Of a stretch of DNA of 40,186 nucleotides, positions 1 through 10,001 are shown one piece after another (the first letter of the stretch is position 1; every line of letters starts with the position of its first letter). Origin of the DNA: Bacteroidales bacterium. Its GTDB lineage: Bacteria; Bacteroidota; Bacteroidia; Bacteroidales; CAIWKO01. Under the pieces are notes generated by a model. The model saw only the letters and a list, made by a program, of their open reading frames with translations, did not search any database and was not told where the DNA came from. The stretch lies in contig DAOORA010000038.1 of assembly GCA_035389045.1 (NCBI GenBank), forward strand, positions 1-40,186, read 5' to 3'. The position numbers and the translations under genes were made by a program.

Positions 1-16
1 TTGGAGCAAGCGTAAC

Positions 17-163
17 CCTGCCCGACTGCGGCAGCGCTTTTTATAGGAGATAATCCCACAGAAATATTTTAATCAGTAACGGGAAATTGTAATATGATCC
101 TATGCAATAAAATCGCGGACTGGGGCAGGCGAGGAAGAAAATGGAGTTTTCGTTCAGACACTA
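17..163. repeat. Imperfect nested inverted-repeat element, possibly a truncated MITE/REP-like element
   Basis: CCTGCCC(17-23)/GGGCAGG(123-129) and ATAGGA(43-48)/TCCTAT(98-103) share one symmetry centre (~73); non-coding; ends in ...GTTCAGACACTA. Confidence 0.3.
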
Positions 164-202
164 CTTATTTTCAGCCCTGAAGGTGTATTTTTGCAATTTT
201 AC

Positions 203-210
203 TACCTTTG
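203..210 (+). promoter_or_regulatory. Bacteroidota primary-sigma -7 element for lptE
   Basis: TACCTTTG (TAnnTTTG) just upstream of in-frame TTG at 224. Confidence 0.6.
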
Positions 211-223
211 TAAAAATTATCTT

Positions 224-736
224 TTGAAAAAAACAGGCTTTTTCATACTATCTTTTTTCACTGTTGCATTGATACTCTCATCATGTAAAGTAAAATATTC
301 ATTTACAGGTGCGTCTATCCCCCCGGAGGTGAAAACAATTTCTATACATTATTTAAAAAATACCGCTGCACTGGTAAAACCAACCTTAAGCCAGCAACTT
401 ACAGACGAAATCCGCAACCGGTTTACATCGCAGACAAACCTGACGCCCGTCAATTCAAACGGCGATTTCGACATCTCCGGCGAAATAACCAATTATGCCA
501 CTTCTCCTGTTGCTATTCAGGGTAATCAGACAGCGGCAATGAACCGTCTTACCGTAACCATAAATATACGTTTTGTAAATAAGTTTGATGAAAATCAAAA
601 CTACGAAACCTCGTTTTCACGTTATGTTGATTATCCGAGCTCCCAGGCGCTATCCTCTGTTGAAAGCCAGATCATTGAAGAAATAATTGGGTACCTGGTC
701 GACGATGTGTTCAATAAAACTGCTGTTAACTGGTAA
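224..736 (+). CDS. lptE: LptE-family LPS-assembly lipoprotein
   Basis: Lipobox ILSSC followed by YSFTGASI, typical of Bacteroidota LptE; start moved from 191 to TTG 224 because the promoter motif lies inside the longer ORF. Confidence 0.8.
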   Translation: MKKTGFFILSFFTVALILSSCKVKYSFTGASIPPEVKTISIHYLKNTAALVKPTLSQQLTDEIRNRFTSQTNLTPVNSNGDFDISGEITNYATSPVAIQGNQTAAMNRLTVTINIRFVNKFDENQNYETSFSRYVDYPSSQALSSVESQIIEEIIGYLVDDVFNKTAVNW

Positions 737-742
737 GCCGTT

Positions 743-1855
743 ATGAACAGAAATGATTTTTTACAATATATTCATCATCCTGACGATATCCGAAATATAA
801 ACGTTAGCGATATAACATACCTTATCGATAAATTTCCATATTTTCAATCTGCCCGCCTTGTTTATTCGGCTTACCTGGGAAGTACCCATGATATCTCATT
901 TCAAGATCAGCTAAAACTTACCGCAGCTCATATTAATGACCGGACTGTACTATATTGGCTTATTTATAATCAGCATGAAGCCCTTACTGCTGAACTGCCT
1001 GAAAGCAAAGAAAATAATGATGGTTTACCAAAAAATGAAACCTTAACCGGTTCAGAAAGTTACCAGACAGAAACACCTGTTTTAACAGAACCTGAATCTC
1101 ATTCATCCGGGCATACTGCCCCCCCATCAGAGCCAGTACCTCAAAAGTTTACGGATGAAATCGCCGTCACGGAAGAGACGGAGAAAGGAATAGTTGTTCT
1201 TCCGGAAGAATCTTCTGTAACGGAAATCGAAATATCATCCGAAGAGATTGTTGCACCCAAAGAACCGGTGCACTTAGTCACTAATACGAGTGATAATAAG
1301 CTTCCAACAGTAGAAATCTCTAAACATCCTGATGGTAGTAAATTAAACAAATCTGAATCTGAAACCACAACTGATGATGAAATAAAAAAAGAAAACTCTC
1401 AGCAGGATAATGTTGCCATCGTTCAGGAACCGCCAAAAATATCAAACGTCCTGTCCCATAAACAACCCGAACCTTTCTTACTGAATATCATTTCAAAAAG
1501 AGTTATAACTGAAAAAAATATTCCTGACCTTAAAAATTCATCCATAAATTCCTTAAGCCAGCAAAAGTCAGCGGTAAAACCCGAAACAGTTCCCGACCTG
1601 ATCGAAAAATTTATCAGGGAAGAACCACGTATTTCAAAACCTAAACGTGAGTTTTTCAAGCCAACGGATATGGCCGAAAACAGCAGCATTGACAAGGAAG
1701 ATATTGTGAGCGAAACCCTTGCAAAAATTTATATTTCACAAAATTTGTATCACAAAGCCCTCAAAATTTATCAAAAATTATATTTGTTAATCCCGGAAAA
1801 AAGTACTTACTTTGCAGCCCAAATTGAAAACCTGGAAAGAAAAATTAATAATTAA
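743..1855 (+). CDS. Conserved Bacteroidota hypothetical protein (acidic linker, TPR-like C-terminus)
   Basis: N-terminal FPYFQSA; C-terminal SETLAKIYISQ..Y.KA..IY.KL....PEKS.YFA; position between lptE and secG. Confidence 0.7.
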   Translation: MNRNDFLQYIHHPDDIRNINVSDITYLIDKFPYFQSARLVYSAYLGSTHDISFQDQLKLTAAHINDRTVLYWLIYNQHEALTAELPESKENNDGLPKNETLTGSESYQTETPVLTEPESHSSGHTAPPSEPVPQKFTDEIAVTEETEKGIVVLPEESSVTEIEISSEEIVAPKEPVHLVTNTSDNKLPTVEISKHPDGSKLNKSESETTTDDEIKKENSQQDNVAIVQEPPKISNVLSHKQPEPFLLNIISKRVITEKNIPDLKNSSINSLSQQKSAVKPETVPDLIEKFIREEPRISKPKREFFKPTDMAENSSIDKEDIVSETLAKIYISQNLYHKALKIYQKLYLLIPEKSTYFAAQIENLERKINN

Positions 1856-1876
1856 TTGATTTAAAGACATTTAACA

Positions 1877-2227
1877 ATGGGACTTTATATTGTAATATCG
1901 ATTTTGATTTTTATTGTTTGTATCCTTTTGATACTTATTGTTCTGGTTCAAAATTCAAAAGGTGGCGGACTGGCATCAAATTTTTCATCATCCAATCAGT
2001 TCATGGGTGTCAGAAAAACAACTGATTTTCTTGAAAAAGCAACATGGACTCTTGCTATTGCATTGTTGGTGTTCAGTCTGGCTTCTATTTTTGTGATACC
2101 CCGCAGTAACAAAGATGCCGTTATTGATACCGAACTCCGTGAACAGGTTGAAAATAACAAACCCGTTGATTATACACCTGCACCCGGACAAGATCAGCAA
2201 AACCAGCAAAATCAGCCCAATCAATAA
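1877..2227 (+). CDS. secG: Preprotein translocase subunit SecG
   Basis: Two TM segments; VLVQNSKGGGL and FLEKATW motifs. Confidence 0.92.
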   Translation: MGLYIVISILIFIVCILLILIVLVQNSKGGGLASNFSSSNQFMGVRKTTDFLEKATWTLAIALLVFSLASIFVIPRSNKDAVIDTELREQVENNKPVDYTPAPGQDQQNQQNQPNQ

Positions 2228-2252
2228 TTTCAGGCTAGTAATTTTCATTCCT

Positions 2253-2291
2253 AAAAGTGTCAGAATGTCACGCATCTTCTGACACTTTTTT
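2253..2291 (+). terminator. Hairpin after secG (intrinsic terminator and/or operator)
   Basis: AAAAGTGTCAGAA(2253-2265)/TTCTGACACTTTT(2277-2289) perfect 13-bp IR followed by T-run. Confidence 0.6.
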
Positions 2292-2343
2292 ATTTTCATA
2301 CAGTAAGACTGTAAAAATGTCAATTCTTTTGTTTTTTTTCTTT

Positions 2344-2359
2344 TTGGCATAATTAATGA
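2344..2359 (+). promoter_or_regulatory. Putative sigma54 (-24/-12) promoter of groESL
   Basis: TTGGCATAATTAATGA: GG at 2346-47 and G at 2358 at correct spacing, but TGA replaces consensus TGC; no CIRCE seen. Confidence 0.45.
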
Positions 2360-2419
2360 CCAACGCAAACGCAAACAAAAAAATAATTAACCAGTTTTAT
2401 AACTCTAAATTTTAAAATT

Positions 2420-2698
2420 ATGTCAAAAAAATTAGGAACCCCTATGAAAGACAGGGTACTCGTTGAACCGGCACCCGCAGAAGAAAAAACAGCAGGAGGA
2501 ATTATCATTCCTGATACTGCAAAGGAAAAACCCCAGAAAGGAACTATTGTAGCTGTTGGTAATGGCAAAAAAGATGAACCCATGACCGTAAAAGTTGGTG
2601 ATGTTGTTCTGTACGGTAAATATTCGGGAACAGAAGTGAACATCGATGGAAAAACATACCTTATCATGAGAGAAGATGATATTTATATGGTCATCTGA
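2420..2698 (+). CDS. groES: Co-chaperonin GroES
   Basis: [37 protein letters not shown]. Confidence 0.98.
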   Translation: MSKKLGTPMKDRVLVEPAPAEEKTAGGIIIPDTAKEKPQKGTIVAVGNGKKDEPMTVKVGDVVLYGKYSGTEVNIDGKTYLIMREDDIYMVI

Positions 2699-2737
2699 CA
2701 CTAATTTTAATATTATAAACTTCAAAAATTCATAACA

Positions 2738-4375
2738 ATGGCAAAAGAAATTATTTTCGATACTAAAGCCCGCGAGGCTTTGAAAACAGGTGTGGATGCA
2801 TTATCAAATGCGGTAAAAATCACCCTTGGCCCTAAAGGCCGTAATGTGATCCTCGATAAAAAATACGGGGCTCCTCAAATTACAAAAGACGGGGTAACCG
2901 TTGCAAAAGATATAGAGCTTAAAGATCCCATTGAAAACATGGGAGCCCAGCTGGTGAAAGAAGTCGCCTCCAAAACAGCCGATCTGGCCGGTGACGGAAC
3001 AACAACAGCTACCGTACTGGCTCAGGCAATCATCAGTACCGGCTTAAAAAATGTAACCGCCGGCGCCAACCCTATGGATCTGAAACGCGGAATTGATAAA
3101 GCAGTTCAATCCGTTATTGAAAACCTCAAAAGCCAATCCGTATCGGTAGGCGACAGTTTTGAAAAAATCGAACAGGTAGCCACGATATCAGCAAACAACG
3201 AAAACGCCATAGGCAAACTGATCGCAGAAGCGATGGAAAAAGTAAAAAAAGAAGGCGTAATTACAATTGAAGAAGCCAAAGGAACCGAAACTGTTGTAAA
3301 AGTTGTAGAAGGTATGCAGTTCGACAGAGGTTACATCTCTCCTTATTTTGTAACCGATACCGACAAAATGGAAGCCGTATTTGAAAATCCTTACATCCTG
3401 ATCTATGACAAGAAGATCTCGGTGATGAAAGATTTTCTGCCTATACTGGAAAAAGAAGTCCAGACCGGGCGTCCCCTGCTGATCATTTCCGAAGATGTTG
3501 AAGCGGAAGCTCTTGCTACATTAGTAGTGAACAAACTCAGGGGTTCCCTCAAAATCGCTGCTGTAAAAGCTCCGGGGTTTGGCGACAGAAGAAAAGCCAT
3601 GCTCGAAGATATTGCAATTTTAACCGGAGGAACACTGATATCTGAAGAAACAGGCTATAAACTCGAAGACGCTGAACTCTCTTACCTGGGACAGGCTGAA
3701 AAAGTTGTTGTTGATAAAGACAACACCACCATTGTCAGCGGTAAAGGCAGCACAGAACAAATAAAAGCCCGTGTGGCACAAATTAAAACCCAGATAGAAA
3801 ACACCACTTCCGATTACGATCGTGAAAAACTTCAGGAACGTCTTGCAAAACTCTCCGGTGGCGTGGCCGTTATTCAGGTAGGTGCAGCCAGCGAAGTGGA
3901 AATGAAAGAAAAGAAAGACCGTTTTGACGACGCTCTTAATGCTACCCGCGCAGCTGTTGAAGAAGGTATCGTTCCGGGCGGCGGCATCGCATACTTACGC
4001 ACCATTGATGCACTGTCAAAACTTAAAGGAGATAATGAAGATGAAGAAATTGGTATTGCCATTATAAAACGTGCTTTAGAAGAACCCCTCCGCCAGATTG
4101 TTGCCAATGCAGGCCTGGAAGGGTCAGTAATCGTACAGAAAGTAAAAGAAGGCAAAGGTGATTTCGGATTCAACGCACAGACCGAAAAGTATGAAAACCT
4201 TTACAAATCAGGTGTTATTGACCCTACAAAAGTTACCCGTATAGCCCTCGAAAATGCAGCATCCATTGCAGGCATGTTCCTGACAACCGAATGTGTTATC
4301 AGCGACATTAAAGAAGAAAATCCTGCTCCACCGATGATGAACCCGGGTATGGGCGGCATGGGCGGCATGATGTAA
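2738..4375 (+). CDS. groEL: Chaperonin GroEL
   Basis: [33 protein letters not shown] tail. Confidence 0.99.
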   Translation: MAKEIIFDTKAREALKTGVDALSNAVKITLGPKGRNVILDKKYGAPQITKDGVTVAKDIELKDPIENMGAQLVKEVASKTADLAGDGTTTATVLAQAIISTGLKNVTAGANPMDLKRGIDKAVQSVIENLKSQSVSVGDSFEKIEQVATISANNENAIGKLIAEAMEKVKKEGVITIEEAKGTETVVKVVEGMQFDRGYISPYFVTDTDKMEAVFENPYILIYDKKISVMKDFLPILEKEVQTGRPLLIISEDVEAEALATLVVNKLRGSLKIAAVKAPGFGDRRKAMLEDIAILTGGTLISEETGYKLEDAELSYLGQAEKVVVDKDNTTIVSGKGSTEQIKARVAQIKTQIENTTSDYDREKLQERLAKLSGGVAVIQVGAASEVEMKEKKDRFDDALNATRAAVEEGIVPGGGIAYLRTIDALSKLKGDNEDEEIGIAIIKRALEEPLRQIVANAGLEGSVIVQKVKEGKGDFGFNAQTEKYENLYKSGVIDPTKVTRIALENAASIAGMFLTTECVISDIKEENPAPPMMNPGMGGMGGMM

Positions 4376-4393
4376 TATCTGAAATTCATAAAT

Positions 4394-4423
4394 AAAAACC
4401 GGTATAATATTATACCGGTTTTT
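4394..4423. terminator. Bidirectional intrinsic terminator between groEL and convergent peptidase gene
   Basis: Perfect 30-bp palindrome AAAAACCGGTATAAT/ATTATACCGGTTTTT. Confidence 0.85.
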
Positions 4424-5083
4424 TTATTGATTTTCTTTGAACTTTCTTAATTTTTCTTTACAATCATCACATACTTCCAGCTTTTCTGCATCAACAGTTT
4501 TTATGGTACCTCCCGCATCTTCCATCAAACAATTTGTACTGGGGCAGTGATCTAATCCGATATTATGGCCAAGTTCATGTAATACAACCTTGTATACGCG
4601 TTCGCGGAAATGTTCTTCGGATTTCATGTTTTTTTTCAGGCGGAAAGTGGATATCACACAGGATCTGCCGGGCATAAACCCCAATCCGAACACGCCCCAG
4701 TCCTCATAAATTCCATTGGTACAGGAAATATCTTTGTCAGTAATGCCTATGATATAATCGTAATTTGCCGGCCTTACTCCTAACAGATAATTCAAGAGCG
4801 TGTCTGCCCGGTATCTTTTACGGGCAGGATAGTAAGCACTCCGGGGCAGGTTTGTTTCTTTCAGAAGGTCAGCTTTAAACCCGTAAAATTTCCTTATCTC
4901 TGCAGCCAGTAAATCACAAAGCTCTTTTCCGGGGCCGTCCATTGACAGTATGGCCACCTTGATCTCTTTTTCTGCAGCAACCGCACGGGAAGGTATTTGT
5001 TTTTGGGTTGCCTCCGGTTTAACCGGACTTTGCGAACAGGCATAAAACAAAACGCCGCAACAGATCATGGTTATTTTTTTCAT
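4424..5083 (-). CDS. Archaemetzincin-family (M54) Zn metalloprotease, probable lipoprotein
   Basis: HELGHNIGLDHC-x4-CLM...CDDC; signal MKKITMICCGVLFYAC from ATG 5083; minus-strand TATATTTG at 5101-5108 supports this start. Confidence 0.85.
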   Translation of the reverse strand: MKKITMICCGVLFYACSQSPVKPEATQKQIPSRAVAAEKEIKVAILSMDGPGKELCDLLAAEIRKFYGFKADLLKETNLPRSAYYPARKRYRADTLLNYLLGVRPANYDYIIGITDKDISCTNGIYEDWGVFGLGFMPGRSCVISTFRLKKNMKSEEHFRERVYKVVLHELGHNIGLDHCPSTNCLMEDAGGTIKTVDAEKLEVCDDCKEKLRKFKENQ

Positions 5084-5146
5084 CTTGGAGTAAAGATAAT
5101 CAAATATAAACCAATCTGCCAAATTGACATAAAATAATGTTCAAAC

Positions 5147-5177
5147 TTTGCCGTCACTGAAATTTCATATACCTTTG
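5147..5177 (+). promoter_or_regulatory. Bacteroidota primary-sigma promoter of the sigma54 activator gene
   Basis: TTTG(5147-50)-N19-TACCTTTG(5170-77), full consensus. Confidence 0.75.
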
Positions 5178-5197
5178 CCGCCGATATATCAGACATT

Positions 5198-6427
5198 ATG
5201 GATATCCAGCAAATTAAACAGCGTTATGGGATCATCGGCAATTCTTCCCAATTAAATCTCGCTATAGACATTGCCAGGCAGGTTGCCCCTACTGACCTCA
5301 GCGTATTGATAACAGGAGAAAGCGGAACCGGAAAAGAAGTTTTTCCACAGATCATTCATCAGTTAAGTGCCCGCAAACACGGCCCATACATTGCTGTAAA
5401 CTGTGGCGCTATACCCGAAGGCACCATAGATTCCGAATTATTTGGGCATGAAAAAGGCTCGTTCACCGGAGCTTACGAAGCACGTAAGGGATATTTTGAA
5501 GTGGTCAACGGGGGAACCATATTCTTGGATGAAATAGCAGACATGCCTTTACCCACACAGGCACGTCTGCTCAGGGTTCTTGAATCAGGAGAATTTATTA
5601 AAGTCGGCTCTTCCAAAGTGCTAAAAACAGATGTCAGGGTAATTGCCGCAACCAATGTTAATGTAACGGAAGCCATACAGCATAACCGTTTTCGCGAAGA
5701 CTTATTCTATCGTCTTAATTCAGTGCCTATTAGCATGCCTCCGCTACGTGAACGGAAAGACGATATCGTGTTGTTGTTCCGGAAATTTGCTTCTGATTTT
5801 GCTGAAAAATATAAAATGCCCGCAGCAATCCTTGATGAAGATGCACAGGAACTGATGATGGCTTACCGGTGGCCGGGCAATATCCGTCAGCTGAAAAATA
5901 TCACCGAACAAATATCCATCATCGAAAAACAGCGTAACATCTCCTCTGTCACGCTTTCAAAGTATTTGCCACAGGCCACCGAAAGCAAACTGCCGGTGTT
6001 GCTCAGGCAGCAAAGCGACAAATCAGAAATCTCTGAACGCGACATCCTTTACAGAGTCTTGTTTGAAATGCGCAAAGACATTACCGACCTGAAACATCTT
6101 GTGGCAGATATTATAAAAGAAGGGAATATTTCTGTAAACATGCAGGATCTGAAAAATCAATTCCTGCAAAACTATTATAACGATCATGTCCAGGCCGACA
6201 CCCATGAACATTCTGTTAAAGTTGAAAAAACAGAAACATACGAAGCAGAACCCATACCATACCCCGATGTTTACGAAGAATCTCTATCGTTGCAGGAACG
6301 CGAAATAGACCTGATAAAAAAAGCGCTTGATAAAAATCACGGTAAACGTAAAAATGCCGCCAAAGAGCTTGGCATCTCCGAACGTACCCTGTACCGGAAA
6401 ATCAAAGAATATAACATTGACAATTAA
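5198..6427 (+). CDS. Sigma54-dependent enhancer-binding protein (AAA+ plus Fis HTH, no N-terminal sensor)
   Basis: GESGTGKE, GSFTGA (GAFTGA variant), FLDEI, RFREDLFYRL, WPGNIRQL, AAKELGISERTLYRKIKEY. Confidence 0.93.
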   Translation: MDIQQIKQRYGIIGNSSQLNLAIDIARQVAPTDLSVLITGESGTGKEVFPQIIHQLSARKHGPYIAVNCGAIPEGTIDSELFGHEKGSFTGAYEARKGYFEVVNGGTIFLDEIADMPLPTQARLLRVLESGEFIKVGSSKVLKTDVRVIAATNVNVTEAIQHNRFREDLFYRLNSVPISMPPLRERKDDIVLLFRKFASDFAEKYKMPAAILDEDAQELMMAYRWPGNIRQLKNITEQISIIEKQRNISSVTLSKYLPQATESKLPVLLRQQSDKSEISERDILYRVLFEMRKDITDLKHLVADIIKEGNISVNMQDLKNQFLQNYYNDHVQADTHEHSVKVEKTETYEAEPIPYPDVYEESLSLQEREIDLIKKALDKNHGKRKNAAKELGISERTLYRKIKEYNIDN

Positions 6428-6438
6428 GCCGGAATTTC

Positions 6439-7566
6439 TTGAATATAGCTGTTAATACCCGCTTGCTGCTGGACAATAAACTCGAAGGAATCGGGTGGTT
6501 CACAAACGAAACGCTTAAAAGAATTGTACTTCAGCACCCGGAGCACACCTTTTATTTTATTTTCGACAGGCCGTATCACAAAAAATTTGTTTTTGCAGAC
6601 AATGTAATCCCTATTATTACCCGCCCGCAGGCAAGGCATCCGTTATTATTTTACCTCTGGTTTGAGTTTTCTGTCCCTAAAATCCTGAAAAAAGTCCAAG
6701 CAGATATATTTGTATCACCCGACGGATATGCATCCTTAGCAGGCAAAATACCTGAAGTGCTGGTGATGCACGACCTGAATTTTGAACATTATCCGCAGGA
6801 CCTGCCCTGGATCATAACCAGATATTATAAATATTTCTTCCCCAGGTTTGCAAAAAAAGCCGCACGCATAGCAACCGTTTCCGGTTTTTCAAAAAAAGAC
6901 ATACAGGACTGCTACGGAATACCCGGTGACAAAATTGATGTGGTATACAATGGTGTCCATGATGACTTTCACGCCGTTTCAAACGAAGAAAAAAACCATA
7001 TTAAAAACCGCTACACCACTGGCTGTGACTACTTTATCTATATTGGAGCATTACTTCCCCGTAAGAACCTGAAGAATTTATTTCTTGCCTTCGATATGTT
7101 CTGCAAACAAAACGACCGGAACATTAAACTACTGATTGTCGGGGCACGTAAATGGTGGACTGCGGATATGGAAAAAACCTTTTCCGGACTTGAACATAAA
7201 AAAGATATAATCTTTACGGGGCGTCTGGAATCAAACGAACTGAATATGGCGCTGGGCGCTGCTCTTGCCCTAACTTATATTTCTTATTTCGAAGGCTTCG
7301 GAATACCCATTCTTGAAGCGTTCCGTTGTGACGTTCCGGTGATCACCTCCAATGTAACATCCATGCCCGAAGTTGCTGGCGACGCTGCCCTGCTGACCGA
7401 TCCTTTCGATCCGGCCTCGGTTGCTGCAGCTATGACAAAGCTATCCTCAGATGCTGACCTCCGCAAAAAACTTATTGATAATGGCCGCAAACAGCTGAAA
7501 AATTTCTCCTGGGACAAAACGGCCGGCCTTTTATGGCAAAGCATAGAAAAAACACTCCAACTTTAG
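6439..7566 (+). CDS. GT4-family glycosyltransferase
   Basis: GIG....E, HDL, TVS.FSK.DI, RKNL, FEGFGIPILEA; TTG start. Confidence 0.9.
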   Translation: MNIAVNTRLLLDNKLEGIGWFTNETLKRIVLQHPEHTFYFIFDRPYHKKFVFADNVIPIITRPQARHPLLFYLWFEFSVPKILKKVQADIFVSPDGYASLAGKIPEVLVMHDLNFEHYPQDLPWIITRYYKYFFPRFAKKAARIATVSGFSKKDIQDCYGIPGDKIDVVYNGVHDDFHAVSNEEKNHIKNRYTTGCDYFIYIGALLPRKNLKNLFLAFDMFCKQNDRNIKLLIVGARKWWTADMEKTFSGLEHKKDIIFTGRLESNELNMALGAALALTYISYFEGFGIPILEAFRCDVPVITSNVTSMPEVAGDAALLTDPFDPASVAAAMTKLSSDADLRKKLIDNGRKQLKNFSWDKTAGLLWQSIEKTLQL

Positions 7567-7643
7567 TTTTATCCCAAAATATAAGGTTTTGAATCTTTTT
7601 GATCCACCTTTTATCGTATATTTGTTTTATAAAATCTTTCATT

Positions 7644-9887
7644 ATGACAACAGGTAAAAAAGCGCTCAAAGTACTCTTATGGATATTTATACCGCTTATT
7701 CTTATTGTTGGCGGAATTGCAGCCTGGTTTTATTTCGGCGATTCAGGCAAACGCAATGCCTTATCCGTGATCCCTGAAGATGCTGTATATATTATTGAAA
7801 CAAACAACCTCACAGAAGGCTGGTCCACACTGAGCGAAAGCAAAATGTGGAAGCACCTTCTTTCCACCGCATTATTTGAGGATATAAACGCCAGCGCCAT
7901 GTCGCTCGACTCTCTGATCAAAGGCAATAAAACTCTCGATATGCTCTTTTCAAACCGCCAGATGGTCATATCAGCTCACATGACCCAACTGACCGATTAC
8001 GACTTTATTTTTGCCATTGATCTGAAAAAAGCATCTAAGATCACGTTCCTGAAAAACTACATTAAAGACATCGTCGGATACTACGATTTTTCTATGGGAA
8101 AAAGAAACTTTGAAGGGAAGGAAATCACAGAACTCAAGGATATCAACTCCAACGACATTTTATCTATCTGTTTTATTGACAATATCATGGTATGCAGTTA
8201 TTCCCCCGTACTCGTTGAAAAATCCATAAAACAAAAAAATGCCGATTTCTGGACACAAAACCCTGAAGTCCGCTTTGTTTCCACTGAGATCAAAGGAAAT
8301 AAGCTGTTTAATTTTTATTTCAATTACAGTCAACTCGACAAATTTCTGAAATGTTATATGTCGGAATCTTCGCCCATGATAAGCTCGTTGAGTGCCAGCC
8401 TGAATTTTTCAGCATTCAATGTGACTTTCGATAATGAGAAAATTCAATGGGACGGATACACCAGTGTTAACGACAGCATACCTTCATACTTTAAAGCACT
8501 TAGCGACATCTCACCCGGAAAATGGAAAGCTTATGAAATTATTTCTGATAAAGCTGCGCTTTACATTTCAATGAGTTTTAACAATTCCGGGGATTTCTTC
8601 GACAAACTCACACAAGTCCTCAGATCAGAAGATACGGCCAAAACACAGGACTACGAAAAAACTATAAAAAAAGTAGAAAAATTTTTAAAGATCGACCTGC
8701 AGGACGATTTTTTCGGCTGGATTGGGAACGAAATCGCTTTTGTTAAACTGCAGCCCTCTGCCAATGCACGCGAAACCGATGCCATAGCCATACTGCATTC
8801 GTCAGATATAAATCAGACTGAAGCAAGTATGGAAAAAATTACAAAAAATGTCCGCAAACGAACCCTGGGACTCTTCAAATTCGATGATACCGAGTATAAA
8901 AATCATACGATCAAATACCTTGAATACGGTTGGTTCCTGAAACTCCTGTTCGGTAAATTGTTCAGTTCCTTCGACAAGCCCTATTATACCTGTGTCGAAG
9001 ACTATCTGGTCTTCAGCAATTCTCCGTCATGCCTGATGGATTTTATAGATGATTATACCGTAGGTAAAACGCTTGTCCATAATAAGAACTTTATGAACTT
9101 CATGGATAATTTTGATACCAAATCCAATATTTCGTGCTTTGTTCAGATGCCTAAAATTTATCAGCATTTATACTACTATAGCAAAAACGATAAACGAAAA
9201 GGAATACGCGAAAACAAAGATGTAATTTTGAGTTTTACACGCGTGGGGCTTCAGTTTACATCTGAAGATGGCATATTTAAAACCAGCTTATATGCTGATT
9301 TTGATGAGGAAGCCGGCTTCGATAGTGAACTCGAAAACATTGAATCTGCTGCAGAAGACATCTATTTTTATGAAATAGACTCGGGTAACTTCAAGGTAGT
9401 TCTTACTGCCAAAGACCTGGCAAAAAACGGTGCAGTTAAGATCTATTATGCCGACAGCACCACCATTAAAGCGGAAGGACGTGTTACAAACGGAAAAATT
9501 GAAGGATTATGGCGTACGTATTACGAAGACGGGCAAATACAAAGTGCAGTGAATTATAAAGAAGGTATGGCGGATGGCATTGCACTTTTTTATTATGATA
9601 ACGAGAAACAGACCACCCGTGTAGAACTCAACTTTGCAGAAGACAAAGTTACCGGGGTGTATCGTGAGTTTTACGAAAACGGCAGCCGTAAGGCCATGCT
9701 GAGTTTTAAAGACGGAATGCCCGACGGAGAAGCCGAATTTTATTACGACAGCGGCGTCATTAAAATCTCAGGAGAATACAAAGACGGTGTAAAGCAGGGG
9801 AAATGGAAACATTACACCGAAACTGGCGAAATTATCAGCAAGGACAAATGGAAAAAAGGCCAGCAAAAGATCAAGGAAAAGGAATAA
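7644..9887 (+). CDS. N-terminally anchored envelope protein (DUF3352-like) with C-terminal MORN-variant repeats
   Basis: Single TM then IPEDA..I; repeated G.W/Y..YYE.G units at C-terminus; TATATTTG at 7617-24 supports ATG 7644. Confidence 0.65.
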   Translation: MTTGKKALKVLLWIFIPLILIVGGIAAWFYFGDSGKRNALSVIPEDAVYIIETNNLTEGWSTLSESKMWKHLLSTALFEDINASAMSLDSLIKGNKTLDMLFSNRQMVISAHMTQLTDYDFIFAIDLKKASKITFLKNYIKDIVGYYDFSMGKRNFEGKEITELKDINSNDILSICFIDNIMVCSYSPVLVEKSIKQKNADFWTQNPEVRFVSTEIKGNKLFNFYFNYSQLDKFLKCYMSESSPMISSLSASLNFSAFNVTFDNEKIQWDGYTSVNDSIPSYFKALSDISPGKWKAYEIISDKAALYISMSFNNSGDFFDKLTQVLRSEDTAKTQDYEKTIKKVEKFLKIDLQDDFFGWIGNEIAFVKLQPSANARETDAIAILHSSDINQTEASMEKITKNVRKRTLGLFKFDDTEYKNHTIKYLEYGWFLKLLFGKLFSSFDKPYYTCVEDYLVFSNSPSCLMDFIDDYTVGKTLVHNKNFMNFMDNFDTKSNISCFVQMPKIYQHLYYYSKNDKRKGIRENKDVILSFTRVGLQFTSEDGIFKTSLYADFDEEAGFDSELENIESAAEDIYFYEIDSGNFKVVLTAKDLAKNGAVKIYYADSTTIKAEGRVTNGKIEGLWRTYYEDGQIQSAVNYKEGMADGIALFYYDNEKQTTRVELNFAEDKVTGVYREFYENGSRKAMLSFKDGMPDGEAEFYYDSGVIKISGEYKDGVKQGKWKHYTETGEIISKDKWKKGQQKIKEKE

Positions 9888-10001
9888 CTCATCATAAAAC
9901 CGGTGTGCTTTGATTCTTTTACCCGGTTTTTAAGGGTTATAAACAGACTCACCCCGGGTATAAATCATAGTTTTAACTGCAGGGCTTCACGCAAATTCAC
10001 C

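Noticed and set aside
2228..2419. CIRCE element upstream of groES
   Set aside because: TTAGCACTC-N9-GAGTGCTAA is absent
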